Shown here: positions 1 to 10,077 of the stretch, in pieces
Position numbering within the stretch: the stretch's first letter is position 1
How the letters are laid out: every line of letters starts with the position of its first letter
Assembly (NCBI GenBank): GCA_946648015.1
Contig: CAMPCZ010000001.1
Location: forward strand, 1-62,517
Reading direction: 5' to 3'
From: an uncultured Clostridia bacterium
Lineage (GTDB): Bacteria > Bacillota > Clostridia > Christensenellales > CAG-1252
Length of the DNA: 62,517 nt
Notes under the pieces: model-generated
What the model saw: the letters and a program-made list of their open reading frames with translations, nothing else
Databases searched by the model: none
Told to the model about the DNA's origin: nothing
Position numbers and translations under genes: made by a program

Positions 1-86
1 GAGGACGCGGAAAACGGGAAAACGGGTGAACAAAACGGATAGCCCTCGCCGCAAAATACCGAGGACAGCCGAGAACAAGCAACGAC

Positions 87-124
87 AAAACCGCCGCAAG
101 GGAATTTTCCTTGCGGCGGTTTTC
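87..124. terminator. Hairpin terminator downstream of the 143..946 gene, possibly bidirectional
   Basis: Perfect 11-bp inverted repeat CCGCCGCAAGG (91-101) / CCTTGCGGCGG (109-119) with a 7-nt loop. It is flanked by an A-run and a T-run. Confidence 0.6.
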
Positions 125-142
125 GTTTGGCGCTCTTTGTCT

Positions 143-946
143 TTATTCGGCCAACACTTCGTGGTAGACCACCCAGTATCCCTCGTCGCCGTCGCCCAGC
201 CATTCGGCGTTGGGTGAAAAGGGGCGTTGCCGCCAACCTTGTACGCCGTAGCACAGGTGCGTGAGGGTGGGCGTGCTGTCGTATAGCAAACCCAAAAAAT
301 AGCGGCTGTCGCCCTCGCCGACTTGCACCCACCTGCTGCCCTCTATCAGCGCCTCGAGGGGCGGGTAGGGAGGATAGTAGTCGAAACTTTCGAGCACGGG
401 CGCCAGGTCGGCAAGCGGTAAGCCTTGCGCCTCGTCGTCCGTTTGCACCTCTGCTGCGATGGTGGGTTCGGTTTGCTCGTCGCGGGTAGGCTCGGGCATA
501 TCCTCGGGCAACGCCTCGATGGTCGGGGCCTCGTCCAGCCCCACCACGCCGAAGTCGGAAAGGTCTACACCGTCGGGCGGGGTCGTCGCCTCGGGCGCCG
601 TTTCCTGCGGGGCGGCGGGCAAACTTTGGGCGGCGTATTCGTACAGTTCGGCGGCGACAAAGTCGTGCCATCGTCCGTCCGCCGTGCCCCAAGCCAGCAT
701 TTTGCCCTCGGCGTCGAGATAGGCCGCCCACAAGCCGTCGTTCGACAGCGCTTCGCCTTGCCAGCGCCCTTTTTTGGCTGTGGCGGTCGTCCAATGGCGG
801 CTTTTGCCGTCCCCCCACACCAAAACGCCGCCTTGCTGTAGGTCGTGCAGGGTGTAGTCGACGGTGGTGCCGACGTGGGGTTGCGTTTTGCATTTGAGGG
901 TAGCCGAGCCGCTACCTTTGAGTAACAATAGGGTGCAATAGAGCAT
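143..946 (-). CDS. Hypothetical protein (267 aa) with an acidic, Pro/Glu/Thr-rich central linker
   Basis: Long ORF with RBS AAGAGGT 6 nt upstream of the ATG. Composition is consistent with the neighbours. No family recognised. Confidence 0.7.
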   Translation of the reverse strand: MLYCTLLLLKGSGSATLKCKTQPHVGTTVDYTLHDLQQGGVLVWGDGKSRHWTTATAKKGRWQGEALSNDGLWAAYLDAEGKMLAWGTADGRWHDFVAAELYEYAAQSLPAAPQETAPEATTPPDGVDLSDFGVVGLDEAPTIEALPEDMPEPTRDEQTEPTIAAEVQTDDEAQGLPLADLAPVLESFDYYPPYPPLEALIEGSRWVQVGEGDSRYFLGLLYDSTPTLTHLCYGVQGWRQRPFSPNAEWLGDGDEGYWVVYHEVLAE

Positions 947-1213
947 AGTTTACCTCTTGATACGTTCGGTCTGGTCTTGCATATAGGCGAGCAAAGCGAG
1001 ATACGCCTTGGTGGCGCGCGTGGTGGCGGCGGGTGTGACGACGGCCGCTTCGGTCGGGCGAGCGGGCACCCGACGCTTGTAGGGGCCGAATTTGGCAATA
1101 GAATGGCCCGACCTCAACTTTTTTGCCTCAAATGATTGCAATAAACCATACTTTGTTATATAATTATGCTCTAAGAGTATCTATTATGCGCCACTATGCG
1201 CTTAGGAGAGAAT

Positions 1214-2632
1214 ATGAAAAAGGAAATTATCATCGTCATCGCCGTTCTTTTGGTCGCCGCCTTTGTGCTGGCAGGCTGCGAGAGCTACAAAAACGCCACC
1301 TTCGACGCGGGCGACACCACCGCCGCCGTCGAGTCCAATGGCGGCAGCGTCGTCAAACAAGGCGACTACGTCTATTTTATCAACGGTTACGCCGACTACC
1401 AAACCAAAGCGCAAGACAACTGGTTTGGCAACGTGTTGAAAGGTGCTATTATGCGCATCAAAACGGCGGACTTGGCCGATATGAGCAAGGCCGAGGTCAT
1501 CGTGCCCAAATCGGTGGTGTCCTCCGCTTCCAATACCGGTTTTAGCATTTACGGCGACTATATCTACTACGTCAGTCCCTCCGTGTCGGAGGATCGCTCG
1601 GGCTCGGTGCAAAAAGACGATTTGCAATTTTTGCGCACGGGGCTCAACGGTCAAAACACCCAGGTCATTTTGGAGATTGCCGACGGCACCTCTACCCAAT
1701 ACAAATATACGTCCAAAGGTTTGACCTACGTGAAAGACGGCGACTTGTACTTCAAGTCTACCGAGACCAAAAAGTTCAAAAAGGACAAAGACGGCGAGTT
1801 GATCGCCGAGGACGTTACCGTCTTTATGCCCGTCAATCAATACTATAAGGGCGAGACGACTACCGACGACGTCGTGTTCTACACCAAGTCGAGCGAAGGC
1901 ACCTACGACTACACCCAATCGATGTACGCCTACGTGCCCGGCGGCGAGGCCAAAGAGATCATTGGCAAAAACACCTTCGTCACGGCCGCTACCGCCCCCG
2001 ATCAAGCCTACAAAAACCAATTCAGCTTTGGCTTTTTGGGCGCTGCCACCGAGGCCAACGGCGACGTGACCTTGGCCTATACCAAGACCTACTACGCGGG
2101 CACTTCGTCCACGGGCACCACCGCAGGCACCTATCTCTACCGCTTCGGCAAGACCTATGCGTTCGACCCCGCCAAAGAGGTGCAAATCTCCACCGAGGCT
2201 CTCACAAAGGTGTCGGTCATCGGCTATGAGCAGGGCGTACTGAGCACCGCCGCCACCATGACCAAGTATGCCTATGACGCTGCCGCGGCCACCGCCGCCT
2301 TGCCCGAGGTATTCGAGGACGACAACGGTTCCATTTCGTCCAGCGCCGCCATCGTGGCGGTAGACGGCGGCTACGTCTACTACGTTATCAGCAATCAACT
2401 GTACAGCTACAAGTTGGACCAATCCTCGTACGTCAACGTGTTGGGCGCCAGCGCCACCATCAGCACCAGTTTTATCAACCCCGAGATCGTCACTATCGAC
2501 GGCAAACTCAACGCCGTGTTCTTCAACAAAGACGACAACTATTTGTATCGCTTTGCGTTCGATAGCGCCAAGGGCAACACCGAGGTGGAAGCGACTTTGC
2601 TTGGCAGACAAAAGGATTCGGATAAGAAATAA
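1214..2632 (+). CDS. Lipoprotein of unknown function (beta-propeller-like composition)
   Basis: RBS AGGAGAG then ATG at 1214. N-terminus MKKEIIIVIAVLLVAAFVLAGC has a lipobox (LAGC). The ORF track starts earlier, at 1196. Confidence 0.85.
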   Translation: MKKEIIIVIAVLLVAAFVLAGCESYKNATFDAGDTTAAVESNGGSVVKQGDYVYFINGYADYQTKAQDNWFGNVLKGAIMRIKTADLADMSKAEVIVPKSVVSSASNTGFSIYGDYIYYVSPSVSEDRSGSVQKDDLQFLRTGLNGQNTQVILEIADGTSTQYKYTSKGLTYVKDGDLYFKSTETKKFKKDKDGELIAEDVTVFMPVNQYYKGETTTDDVVFYTKSSEGTYDYTQSMYAYVPGGEAKEIIGKNTFVTAATAPDQAYKNQFSFGFLGAATEANGDVTLAYTKTYYAGTSSTGTTAGTYLYRFGKTYAFDPAKEVQISTEALTKVSVIGYEQGVLSTAATMTKYAYDAAAATAALPEVFEDDNGSISSSAAIVAVDGGYVYYVISNQLYSYKLDQSSYVNVLGASATISTSFINPEIVTIDGKLNAVFFNKDDNYLYRFAFDSAKGNTEVEATLLGRQKDSDKK

Positions 2633-2659
2633 CCGCCAAATAGCGCGATCTACGCGTAC

Positions 2660-2697
2660 AAAAAAGGATTTTGCCACCGTGGCAAAATCCTTTTTTT
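2660..2697. terminator. Bidirectional rho-independent terminator between convergent genes
   Basis: GGATTTTGCC (2666-2675) pairs with GGCAAAATCC (2681-2690). A6 lies upstream and T7 downstream. Confidence 0.8.
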
Positions 2698-2712
2698 GTG
2701 CCTGTGGGGCTA

Positions 2713-3477
2713 CTATGCGATGCCTTCTATCAGCAACTTGTCTGCCACAAGGGCGATAAATTCGCCGTTGGTGGGCTTTTCGTTGGCGTTGTAGACTTTG
2801 ATACCGAAGATGTGATTGACGTTTTCTATTTTGCCCTTGTTCCAGGCCACCTCGATAGCGTGGCGAATGGCGCGCTCCACTTTGCTGGGCGAGGTAGAAA
2901 ACCGCGCTGCCACGGCGGGATAGAGGCGCTTGGTGATGCTGTTGATGACGTCGGGGTTTTCGACGGTGAGTTTGACCGCCTCGCGCAGGTAGTGGTAGCC
3001 TTTGATGTGGGCGGGTATGCCCACGGTGATAAAGATATTGCTCAACTTTTCGTCCAGATTGCGGTTGGTGCGCGCGCGATATGCCACCGCCGCCTCGGTT
3101 TGGTCGGCCGCCACTTGCACCGTGTCCACCAAGCGTTGCGCCAACGCCTTGACGGATAGGGGCTTGGTCATATAGTAGCGTGCCCCCAACGCCAGCGCGC
3201 GACTGATGTATTCGTCCCCTACGGGTAGCGAGACCGCTATGGTTTTGACGGTTATTTTTTTGTCTGCCAAGGTGGACAGCACGTCCAACCCGTCGAAGGC
3301 CGGCATCATCATATCGAGTACCATTGCGTCGTAAGCGTTTTGCTCGCATTCGCGTATGGCCGACAGCCCGTCGTATACGCCTACCACCGCAAACAGGTCG
3401 GTCTCTTGTAGTTTTTGCTTGAGTTCTTCGCAATACGCTACGTTGTCGTCTACCACCAATACTTTTGCTTTTTTCAT
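2713..3477 (-). CDS. spo0A: Sporulation master regulator Spo0A (receiver domain plus Spo0A-specific DNA-binding domain)
   Basis: N-terminal receiver (VLVVDDN, VLDMMMPAFDG). The C-terminus has hallmark Spo0A segments: GIPAHIKGYHYLREAV, ITKRLYPAVAARFSTSPSKVERAIRHAIEVAWNKG, KPTNGEFIALVADKL. RBS GGGAGGA. Confidence 0.95.
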   Translation of the reverse strand: MKKAKVLVVDDNVAYCEELKQKLQETDLFAVVGVYDGLSAIRECEQNAYDAMVLDMMMPAFDGLDVLSTLADKKITVKTIAVSLPVGDEYISRALALGARYYMTKPLSVKALAQRLVDTVQVAADQTEAAVAYRARTNRNLDEKLSNIFITVGIPAHIKGYHYLREAVKLTVENPDVINSITKRLYPAVAARFSTSPSKVERAIRHAIEVAWNKGKIENVNHIFGIKVYNANEKPTNGEFIALVADKLLIEGIA

Positions 3478-3729
3478 ACTGTCCTCCCATGGCTAACATT
3501 TTGGATTTTTAGAGAATTACGGCGCTTTTGGCACCGTAGACACATTATACCAAACCCCGCCGACGGGCGGATAGGAACAAGCGATGCATATTGTGTCGAT
3601 ATAGGCCGAATGGGCGAAAAACAAGCCGTTTTGGCGCGAATGCACCGCGCGGTAAAAGGAATTGGACAAACCAACGGTTTTTGTTGCAAAAAAATTTGAA
3701 ATTTGACGCCATTATTTTTCAAAAAGTAG

Positions 3730-3758
3730 TTTACAAATAAACGTTATATCCATATAAT
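3730..3758 (+). promoter_or_regulatory. Sigma-A-like promoter for the 3790 gene
   Basis: TTTACA, 17 nt spacer, TATAAT, about 30 nt upstream of the RBS and ATG. Confidence 0.45.
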
Positions 3759-3789
3759 AAGTGCAACTTGATTACAAGGAGATAAGGGT

Positions 3790-4308
3790 ATGCCTAAATA
3801 TAAAAAATGTCCGCGTTGCGAATTGAACTATATTTTGGAGTCCGAGGACTTTTGCTCGGTGTGCAAGGAGGAGTTGAGCGGCAACTCGGTCAACGACCTC
3901 GATTATGACGAGACTTTCTCTCGCATTTGCCCCCGTTGCGGCATCAATACCATCACCGACGACCAGGAGTACTGCGAGTCTTGCCGCGCCGATATGGAAG
4001 CCTTGAGCGTGGAGAGCGACAACGAAGAAGAAGAGTGGCAAAAGAGCGCCAAAGAAACAGAGGTGGCTTTCCCCGATCTGGACGAAGACGAAGCCGACGA
4101 GGAGCTCGACCCCGCGCTTGTGTTGGAAGACCCCGAGATCTTGGCCGAATTGGAGTCGGAGAGCGAAGCCGACGCCGAATTGGACAAAGAGGACGAAGAA
4201 TACAAAAATGAGGACGAAGTGGACGATTTCGAAGACTTCGACGACCTGGACGACTTCGACGAAGACGAGGAAGAGGACGACGACTTCGACGACAGCGACC
4301 TCGACTGA
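3790..4308 (+). CDS. Double zinc-ribbon protein with a long poly-acidic C-terminal tail
   Basis: Two CxxC...CxxC pairs (CPRC..CSVC, CPRC..CESC). These are followed by about 90 residues dominated by D/E. RBS AAGGAGA. Confidence 0.75.
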   Translation: MPKYKKCPRCELNYILESEDFCSVCKEELSGNSVNDLDYDETFSRICPRCGINTITDDQEYCESCRADMEALSVESDNEEEEWQKSAKETEVAFPDLDEDEADEELDPALVLEDPEILAELESESEADAELDKEDEEYKNEDEVDDFEDFDDLDDFDEDEEEDDDFDDSDLD

Positions 4309-4317
4309 AACGACGCA

Positions 4318-4356
4318 ACAAAAATCGACTGCCCGCATAGGGCAGTCGATTTTTTG
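4318..4356. terminator. Bidirectional rho-independent terminator
   Basis: ATCGACTGCCC (4324-4334) pairs with GGGCAGTCGAT (4340-4350). An A-run precedes it and T5 follows. Confidence 0.8.
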
Positions 4357-4368
4357 TTGGTATTGCGC

Positions 4369-5544
4369 TTAGATGCGAGCCACGCCCGAATCTCTGGCGG
4401 CTTGCGCCACGGCCTCGGCCACGGCTTTGCCCACGCGGGGATCGAATGCGGCGGGAATGATGTAGTCGGCGTTTAGTTCGTCGGGCGCAATGAGATTGGC
4501 CAACGCGTTGGCGGCCGCCAACTTCATGGCTTCGTTGATGTCGCTGGCGCGCACGTCGAAAGTGCCGCGGAACACGCCCGGGAAGGCCAGCACGTTGTTG
4601 ATTTGGTTGGGATAGTCGCTGCGGCCCGTGGCCACCACTTTGGCGCCGCCTGCCTTGGCGTCTTCGGGGAAGATCTCGGGCGTGGGGTTGGCGCAGGCAA
4701 ACACGATAGCGTCGCGGTTCATCGTCTTCACCATTTCGGTGGTTACCATGTTGGGCGCGCTGACGCCGATAAACACGTCGGCTCCCACCAGCATATCGGC
4801 CAAAGTGCCGACTTTACCCTCGAGGTTGGTGACCTCGGCCATTTCTTCTTTGATCCAATTCATGCCCTTTTCGCGCCCTTTGTAGATGGCGCCCGAGCGG
4901 TCGCACAAAGTAACGTGGGCAAACCCGGCCGACAACAGCAGTTTGCAGATGCTTATGGCCGCGGCGCCGGCGCCGTTGATGACCACTTTGACGTCCTCTT
5001 TCGATTTGCCCACCACTTTGAGGGCATTGGTGAGACCTGCCAACGTGATGATGGCGGTGCCATGTTGGTCGTCGTGGAAAATGGGTATATCGCACTTTTC
5101 TTTGAGTTTGCGCTCTATCTCGAAGCAGCGGGGCGCCGAGATGTCCTCCAGGTTGATGCCGCCAAAAGAGCCGCTAAGCAGATAGACGGTGTTGACGATG
5201 GTATCCACGTCTTTGCTCTTGATGCACAAGGGAAACGCGTCCACGTCGCCAAAGGCCTTGAACAGCACGCACTTGCCCTCCATCACGGGCATACCCGCCT
5301 CGGGGCCAATGTCGCCCAAACCGAGCACGGCGGTGCCGTCGGTGATGACGGCGCACAGGTTGTGGCGGCGCGTCAATTCGTAGCTGAGGTCGGGATTCTT
5401 TTGGATCTCCAGGCAAGGTTGCGCCACGCCGGGGGTGTAGGCCAAAGACAAGTCTTCTTTGGTGGCCACGGGCACGGTAGCTTTGACTTCGATTTTTCCT
5501 TTCCATTGGGCGTGTTTTTTGAGTGATTCTTGCGCGTAATTCAT
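4369..5544 (-). CDS. NAD(P)-dependent malic enzyme (short form, 391 aa)
   Basis: Motifs LAYTPGVA, DGTAVLGLGDIGPEAGMPVMEGK, FGGINLEDISAPRCF, GAGAA Rossmann loop. Confidence 0.93.
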   Translation of the reverse strand: MNYAQESLKKHAQWKGKIEVKATVPVATKEDLSLAYTPGVAQPCLEIQKNPDLSYELTRRHNLCAVITDGTAVLGLGDIGPEAGMPVMEGKCVLFKAFGDVDAFPLCIKSKDVDTIVNTVYLLSGSFGGINLEDISAPRCFEIERKLKEKCDIPIFHDDQHGTAIITLAGLTNALKVVGKSKEDVKVVINGAGAAAISICKLLLSAGFAHVTLCDRSGAIYKGREKGMNWIKEEMAEVTNLEGKVGTLADMLVGADVFIGVSAPNMVTTEMVKTMNRDAIVFACANPTPEIFPEDAKAGGAKVVATGRSDYPNQINNVLAFPGVFRGTFDVRASDINEAMKLAAANALANLIAPDELNADYIIPAAFDPRVGKAVAEAVAQAARDSGVARI

Positions 5545-5556
5545 TATTACTCTCCT

Positions 5557-6363
5557 TTATTTATGTTCGTTGCGGTTAAACAACAAATTGAATTCGTTTT
5601 CTATAGGCTCGCCGGCGTCTATCTCGTGCCAGTCGCCCGTGCCGGCTATTGCCGTTTCGGCAAAGGCCAGTCGTTGTTTTTGTTCGGGTTCTGCCGTGCC
5701 CATTAGGGATACGGCGCGCCCGCCGCCCACTATCAGACAGTCCAAAAGGCGTATGGACAACGGCTCCAGCGAGGTGCGCAACGTTTGGCAAACCGCCAGG
5801 TCTTGCTGTGAGGGCGACACGTCGCCCGAGGGGTGATTGTGCGCCACTATCACGGCGGCGGCGCGCACCCGCAGCAACTCTTTGACCAGTCGGCGCAAAT
5901 CAAGTTGCACTTTGTCGCTCGACTCCGAATCGAATTCGATGGTGTCGAGCAGGTTGCCCTTGACGTCCAATGCCAGTACCACGCTGCGCTCTACGGGGCT
6001 ATTGCCGATGAGCTCGCTAACGTACAGTGCGGCGTCGTTGCCCACGCATACGGGCACGGTCAGCGCTTTGTCCAGTTTGTATTGCACCAATAGGGCGGGT
6101 AATTGCGACAAAAACAGCGCGGCGTTGGCAGTCATGCCCTCCACTTCGCACAGCGAAGAGTAATCGGCGTCCAACACGCCCGCAAGCGAGCCGAAACGTT
6201 GCAAGAGGCGATGCGCTATATCGTTGGTGTTGCGGCGAGGCACGAAGGAAAAAAGAAAATACTCCAGCACTTCGTGCGGCGCCAAGGAGGATAGGCCTTC
6301 CTTTCGTATGCGTTCGCGCATTCTTTCGCGGTGTCCGTCGTGCGTGCCCATAGGTTCGTTCAA
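5557..6363 (-). CDS. radC: RadC-like JAB/MPN domain protein
   Basis: N-terminal HhH-like segment. C-terminal JAMM signature VAHNHPSGDVSPSQQD. Confidence 0.85.
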   Translation of the reverse strand: MNEPMGTHDGHRERMRERIRKEGLSSLAPHEVLEYFLFSFVPRRNTNDIAHRLLQRFGSLAGVLDADYSSLCEVEGMTANAALFLSQLPALLVQYKLDKALTVPVCVGNDAALYVSELIGNSPVERSVVLALDVKGNLLDTIEFDSESSDKVQLDLRRLVKELLRVRAAAVIVAHNHPSGDVSPSQQDLAVCQTLRTSLEPLSIRLLDCLIVGGGRAVSLMGTAEPEQKQRLAFAETAIAGTGDWHEIDAGEPIENEFNLLFNRNEHK

Positions 6364-7433
6364 TGCGTGTCGTCGCGCCTATCGGTGTAGGCAAAGTCGG
6401 TGTAGAGGTCGTCGTTGGAGGGTGCGTCTTTTTGGCGCGGGCGGTGCGCTGCCGTCTCGGTGCGCAGGTCTTCGTTGACCAAAACTTCGCCTTTTGCCAT
6501 TTCCACCTCCACCACGGGCTCGTCGTCCACGTCGTCGGTTTGCGCATAAATCACGTCGCCGTCCGCCTCGATAGGCTCGGGTTGCGCCAAAATGGTGCGT
6601 GCCGTCTGCGCCTCGGCGGGTCGCTCCTCATGCGGCTCGGGATCCAATATGGCCGCGGGGGCCTCACGCGCGGGCCGCTCCTCTTGCGGCGTCGGTTCGA
6701 GCGTCGTCTGCGCCAAGATATCGGCTCTTACTTCGGCGGCATGGTTTTGCTCGGCGCGCAGTTTTTCCTCGCGGTTTTTCGCGGCTATTTCGCGTGCGGC
6801 TTGGGGGGTCACCACGGGGGCGGCGTCTTCTGCGGGCACCACGCTCATGCGGTTGAGGCGCACTTCTTGGTCGGCCTTGGCCAACACCTGCCTTTCGTCC
6901 ACAACGCGGGGCGTTACGTCCGCGGGGGCGTCGTTGAGCGATTTGCCGTCGACCGATTGCGCGGCCAAACGCCTTTCGGCGTCGTTGAGCGATTTGCCGA
7001 AAGCGTGCAAAACCACCCGTGCGGTGGTGGTGGCCGCTACCAACAGCCCCAATGCGGCGTATACGATGAGCAAAATGCCCATGGCGTTGGGCTGAAATGC
7101 GCCGTAGGCGTTGTATAGCGCGACATTGACTCCCGCCAAATCGACGGCAACGAACAAGGCGGCAAACAGCACGCCCAGCGTAAACACGCTGCCCAACATA
7201 AAGCGGCAACGCAACTTGTTGAGGGGGGAGGGGTAGGCAAAGCCGTAGCACCCAACCAAAAAGGCGGGCAACACCAGCGCGAAGCCCACGGCTAAGCCTC
7301 CCGTGTTGCGACAAAACGCCGTGCCGCAAGCGGCGGCTATCGCCGCCATATATGCGGCGAGTGCCACCAAATAAAAGCTAATGGTTTCTTTGTTGAACGT
7401 GTCTTTCATATCAGTCGCAATATAGCGAGGCAT
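6360..7433 (-). CDS. Membrane protein of unknown function (four or so N-terminal TM helices, charged low-complexity tail)
   Basis: Hydrophobic N-terminal half. Internal direct repeat GKSLNDA twice. 4-nt overlap with the radC start. Confidence 0.7.
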   Translation of the reverse strand: MPRYIATDMKDTFNKETISFYLVALAAYMAAIAAACGTAFCRNTGGLAVGFALVLPAFLVGCYGFAYPSPLNKLRCRFMLGSVFTLGVLFAALFVAVDLAGVNVALYNAYGAFQPNAMGILLIVYAALGLLVAATTTARVVLHAFGKSLNDAERRLAAQSVDGKSLNDAPADVTPRVVDERQVLAKADQEVRLNRMSVVPAEDAAPVVTPQAAREIAAKNREEKLRAEQNHAAEVRADILAQTTLEPTPQEERPAREAPAAILDPEPHEERPAEAQTARTILAQPEPIEADGDVIYAQTDDVDDEPVVEVEMAKGEVLVNEDLRTETAAHRPRQKDAPSNDDLYTDFAYTDRRDDTH

Positions 7434-8703
7434 AGGCGGCTATGGCCGTGGCCATCCACTTGTCCGATTTTTGACTATAGCCTATGCTGTTGTGGGTGAG
7501 ATCATCAAACAAAACGTCGCTATGCACCACGCCCACCTCGTCCAGTTTGGCCGATATGGCTTGGTACACGGTGATGGGGATAAAGTCGTCGAATTCGCAT
7601 TGGAACAACGCCTCCGCCAAAGGGCTGTGGTCGTGTTGGCGCGCATAGCAAATGATGGTGGGCAGGCTGTCGGCATTCAAATAGTCGATGGGCTGGTAGG
7701 TGTGTATCTTGGCGATGGCTTGCGCATACCCCTCCTCGGTGGAAATATCCACGGGGCCGTCCTCGCCCAAAATGCCGCCCAAAGCGGGCGCAAGGTCGGC
7801 GAGCATGGGTTGCAAAAACGACAAGGTATCGTCTATGGCGCCCGTCTCGTCTTGGGTGTGCCCCGTCAGCAAGTCCAATAGTCGCATATAGTTGTCGTCC
7901 GTCAGTTTGACGGGCCCCACCAAGTCCATCAGATATGCCAACGGCATGGGAGACTCTTGTGCGTATTTGTAGGCGTACAGCGAGGACAAGTGCCCGCCGG
8001 CCGAATATCCGCCTATGCCTATCTTGGTGGCGTTGAGCCCCAGCGAGGGCAGATAGACGTCGCGCAAAAAGGTGATGCAGGCAGTGATGTCCGCCATCAT
8101 ATCGTCCACCGATACGGGGTGTTCGTTTGCCAGCACGGTGTTGATGATCTGCGTCATTCCGTAGGTCTGCCACCCATATACGCCCAAAGGCGTGATGTCC
8201 ATTTGATTGAGGCCAAACCACAATGCGTACTCCATAGAAACCACCACCATGCCCATAGAGGCGACGTAGGGCATCAGGGATAGTTGCTCCTCTTTGCGGC
8301 TACCGGCCACCCAGCCGCCGCCGTGCAAATACAAAAACACGGGGGTGTCGGGGTCCAATTTCTCTTGGGCGGTGGGCATATATACGTCGATATAGCGGTA
8401 GGCGTTTTGTTGCGGCTCGCCCTCGCCGTAGTACACGTCTTGGTAGACGTATATCAATTTGTCGCCCTCGTCGGCGTGCGCCACTATATACATATCGGCG
8501 TCCCCTTCGCGCGCAAGCACCAAAGCGTCGTCCGCTTTGCCCTCGGCAAAGGTGTAGTCGGCGGTGGCCGTCATCGTCGCGTCTACGGCGGCGTCGGCTT
8601 TTTGTTGGGGGGTGAGCGCGGAGGGCCGTTCGCCGCAGGCGGATAGCGCAAGGCACGCAATGCAAACCAGAATCGTCGTCAAACAAAACAGGCTACGTTT
8701 CAT
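7411..8703 (-). CDS. Secreted lipoprotein esterase/lipase, alpha/beta-hydrolase fold (HGGG-type)
   Basis: Signal peptide with lipobox LSAC. Oxyanion motif LHGGGW. Nucleophile elbow GGYSAGG. Confidence 0.85.
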   Translation of the reverse strand: MKRSLFCLTTILVCIACLALSACGERPSALTPQQKADAAVDATMTATADYTFAEGKADDALVLAREGDADMYIVAHADEGDKLIYVYQDVYYGEGEPQQNAYRYIDVYMPTAQEKLDPDTPVFLYLHGGGWVAGSRKEEQLSLMPYVASMGMVVVSMEYALWFGLNQMDITPLGVYGWQTYGMTQIINTVLANEHPVSVDDMMADITACITFLRDVYLPSLGLNATKIGIGGYSAGGHLSSLYAYKYAQESPMPLAYLMDLVGPVKLTDDNYMRLLDLLTGHTQDETGAIDDTLSFLQPMLADLAPALGGILGEDGPVDISTEEGYAQAIAKIHTYQPIDYLNADSLPTIICYARQHDHSPLAEALFQCEFDDFIPITVYQAISAKLDEVGVVHSDVLFDDLTHNSIGYSQKSDKWMATAIAAYASLYCD

Positions 8704-8712
8704 ACTGCCTCC

Positions 8713-9309
8713 TTAGACAAACAGGTTGAGCAGAGTGCTTTCGACGATGCTACGCAGCGCGTCGTAGTCTATGTATCCGTGTTGGTCGAATACGCACTCG
8801 TGCGCAAAGGATTGCACCGAATCCATGGCCCAGTGTACCTTCTCGAACAAATGGTCGCTGTGGTATCCCGCCTCTTGGAGCGCGGCGGTCATGCGGCTGG
8901 TAACCTCCTCTTCCAAGGCCAAAAACTTGTCCTCTACCGCCTTGTCTTGCGAGGTGAGGGCGTGCAGTGTTTCGTGCATGGCGGCGTTGTCGCGGTGCAC
9001 CTTGACGGCTGCGTCCAGCACTTGGGGTAGCACGGTACCGAAGTCGAGCGGCGCGACGAATTGGTCCAGCACCGCAAAAATGGGCGCGTAAGCTTGGTCG
9101 ATATAGATATCCAGCACGTCGATCAGTATGTCGCGTTTGTCGTGAAAATAGCCGTAGACGATGCCCGTCGAAACGCCCGCTTGCTTGGCTATCTCGGCGG
9201 TGTTGGTATTGTAGTAACCTTTTTGCGCAAACAGCTCATAACCGGCACGAATGATGCGGTTTTTTGTGTCGATAGCGCGCTGTTGTTTGGGGGTACGAAT
9301 GCTCTCCAT
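8713..9309 (-). CDS. TetR/AcrR family transcriptional regulator
   Basis: N-terminal HTH IIRAGYELFAQKGYYNTNTAEIAKQAGVSTGIVYGYF. Start chosen at MESIRT. The ORF track allows an extension to 9369. Confidence 0.85.
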   Translation of the reverse strand: MESIRTPKQQRAIDTKNRIIRAGYELFAQKGYYNTNTAEIAKQAGVSTGIVYGYFHDKRDILIDVLDIYIDQAYAPIFAVLDQFVAPLDFGTVLPQVLDAAVKVHRDNAAMHETLHALTSQDKAVEDKFLALEEEVTSRMTAALQEAGYHSDHLFEKVHWAMDSVQSFAHECVFDQHGYIDYDALRSIVESTLLNLFV

Positions 9310-9462
9310 AATAAATCGTTCGCCTGTCGGCCGATGCGCTGCCCTCGTTTGGCCAAGTGCGGCGCTCACGTTGCTGATTATGCCAAACTATTTCTTATTA
9401 TATAACATTTATGCTAAAAAGTAAATAGTTGACGCAAAATTCGCCGTTCGGCGCCCATCGTT

Positions 9463-10077
9463 CTATGCCTCGCATAGCGACACAAACAGCACTCCGTCGC
9501 CCACCGATACGGTCACGTCGCCCTCGGCTTGGTTGCTCACGCCCAAGGGGTAGTCGGACCGTAGCTCGGCATGGCGCAGAGGATAGGCTGCGCCCTCTAT
9601 GCACACGTCGCGGCACACGTCGGTGAGGGCCAGCACCGATAGGGCTTGGCCGCGCCGCACGCCAAAAGTCAAGCTACCGTGGGACACCAGTCGCACCGTT
9701 TCGGCCGCGCCGCATAGCGTGATGGAGGCGCCGCTTTGCGCGGCCGCCATGGCCGATTGCAGGTTGGCCAACGTATGGTCGAGCCGGGCGCCCAGCGCAT
9801 AGTGTATGACTATGTCGTCAAACCCTCTGTCGAGGGCGTAGCGCAGGGCATACCCCGTGTCGGTATCGTCCTTTGCAACGGGCAGCGGTATGACGGCCAA
9901 AGCCGGGTCTACCGTGCCGCGGTACGAGTCGAAGTCACCGATAACAAGGTCGGGGCGTATGCCTGCCTTCAGAGCGTGGCCATAGCCCAAGTCGCAGGCG
10001 ATAACGTAGTCGCCGTCCGCCGCCGTTGCGCCCGCATAGTAGGGCCCGCCCGATAGAATAACGCATCGTTTGCTCAT
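9463..10077 (-). CDS. thiN: Thiamine diphosphokinase
   Basis: Motifs ACDLGY and VIGDFDS. Size 204 aa. RBS GAGGTG. Confidence 0.85.
   Translation of the reverse strand: MSKRCVILSGGPYYAGATAADGDYVIACDLGYGHALKAGIRPDLVIGDFDSYRGTVDPALAVIPLPVAKDDTDTGYALRYALDRGFDDIVIHYALGARLDHTLANLQSAMAAAQSGASITLCGAAETVRLVSHGSLTFGVRRGQALSVLALTDVCRDVCIEGAAYPLRHAELRSDYPLGVSNQAEGDVTVSVGDGVLFVSLCEA

Noticed and set aside
26-217. 63-aa plus-strand ORF at the window start.
   Set aside because: It spans a terminator hairpin and overlaps the 3' end of the minus-strand gene, and its sequence is Arg-rich nonsense. The first 42 nt may instead be the tail of a truncated upstream gene (frame 1 stops at 40-42), which is too short to call.
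950-1141. 63-aa ORF immediately upstream of the 143..946 gene.
   Set aside because: It has a TTG start with no convincing RBS, a basic low-complexity composition and no recognisable motif. It could be real (3-nt spacing to the next gene) but I cannot support it.
1202-3499. Very long ORFs antisense to, or out of frame with, well-supported genes. Examples are 1202..3499, 18027..19085, 26162..27982, 39876..41825, 47634..49496, 55448..57982 and 58669..61794.
   Set aside because: Their translations are Arg/Gly/His/Val-rich low-complexity strings with no motifs, and each lies opposite a gene with clear family signatures and an RBS. Long spurious antisense ORFs are expected in high-GC DNA because stop codons are rare.
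3478-3789. Spo0A autoregulatory 0A boxes upstream of spo0A.
   Set aside because: Only a one-mismatch match (TGTCGAT at about 3590) to the TGTCGAA consensus was seen, which is easily a chance occurrence.
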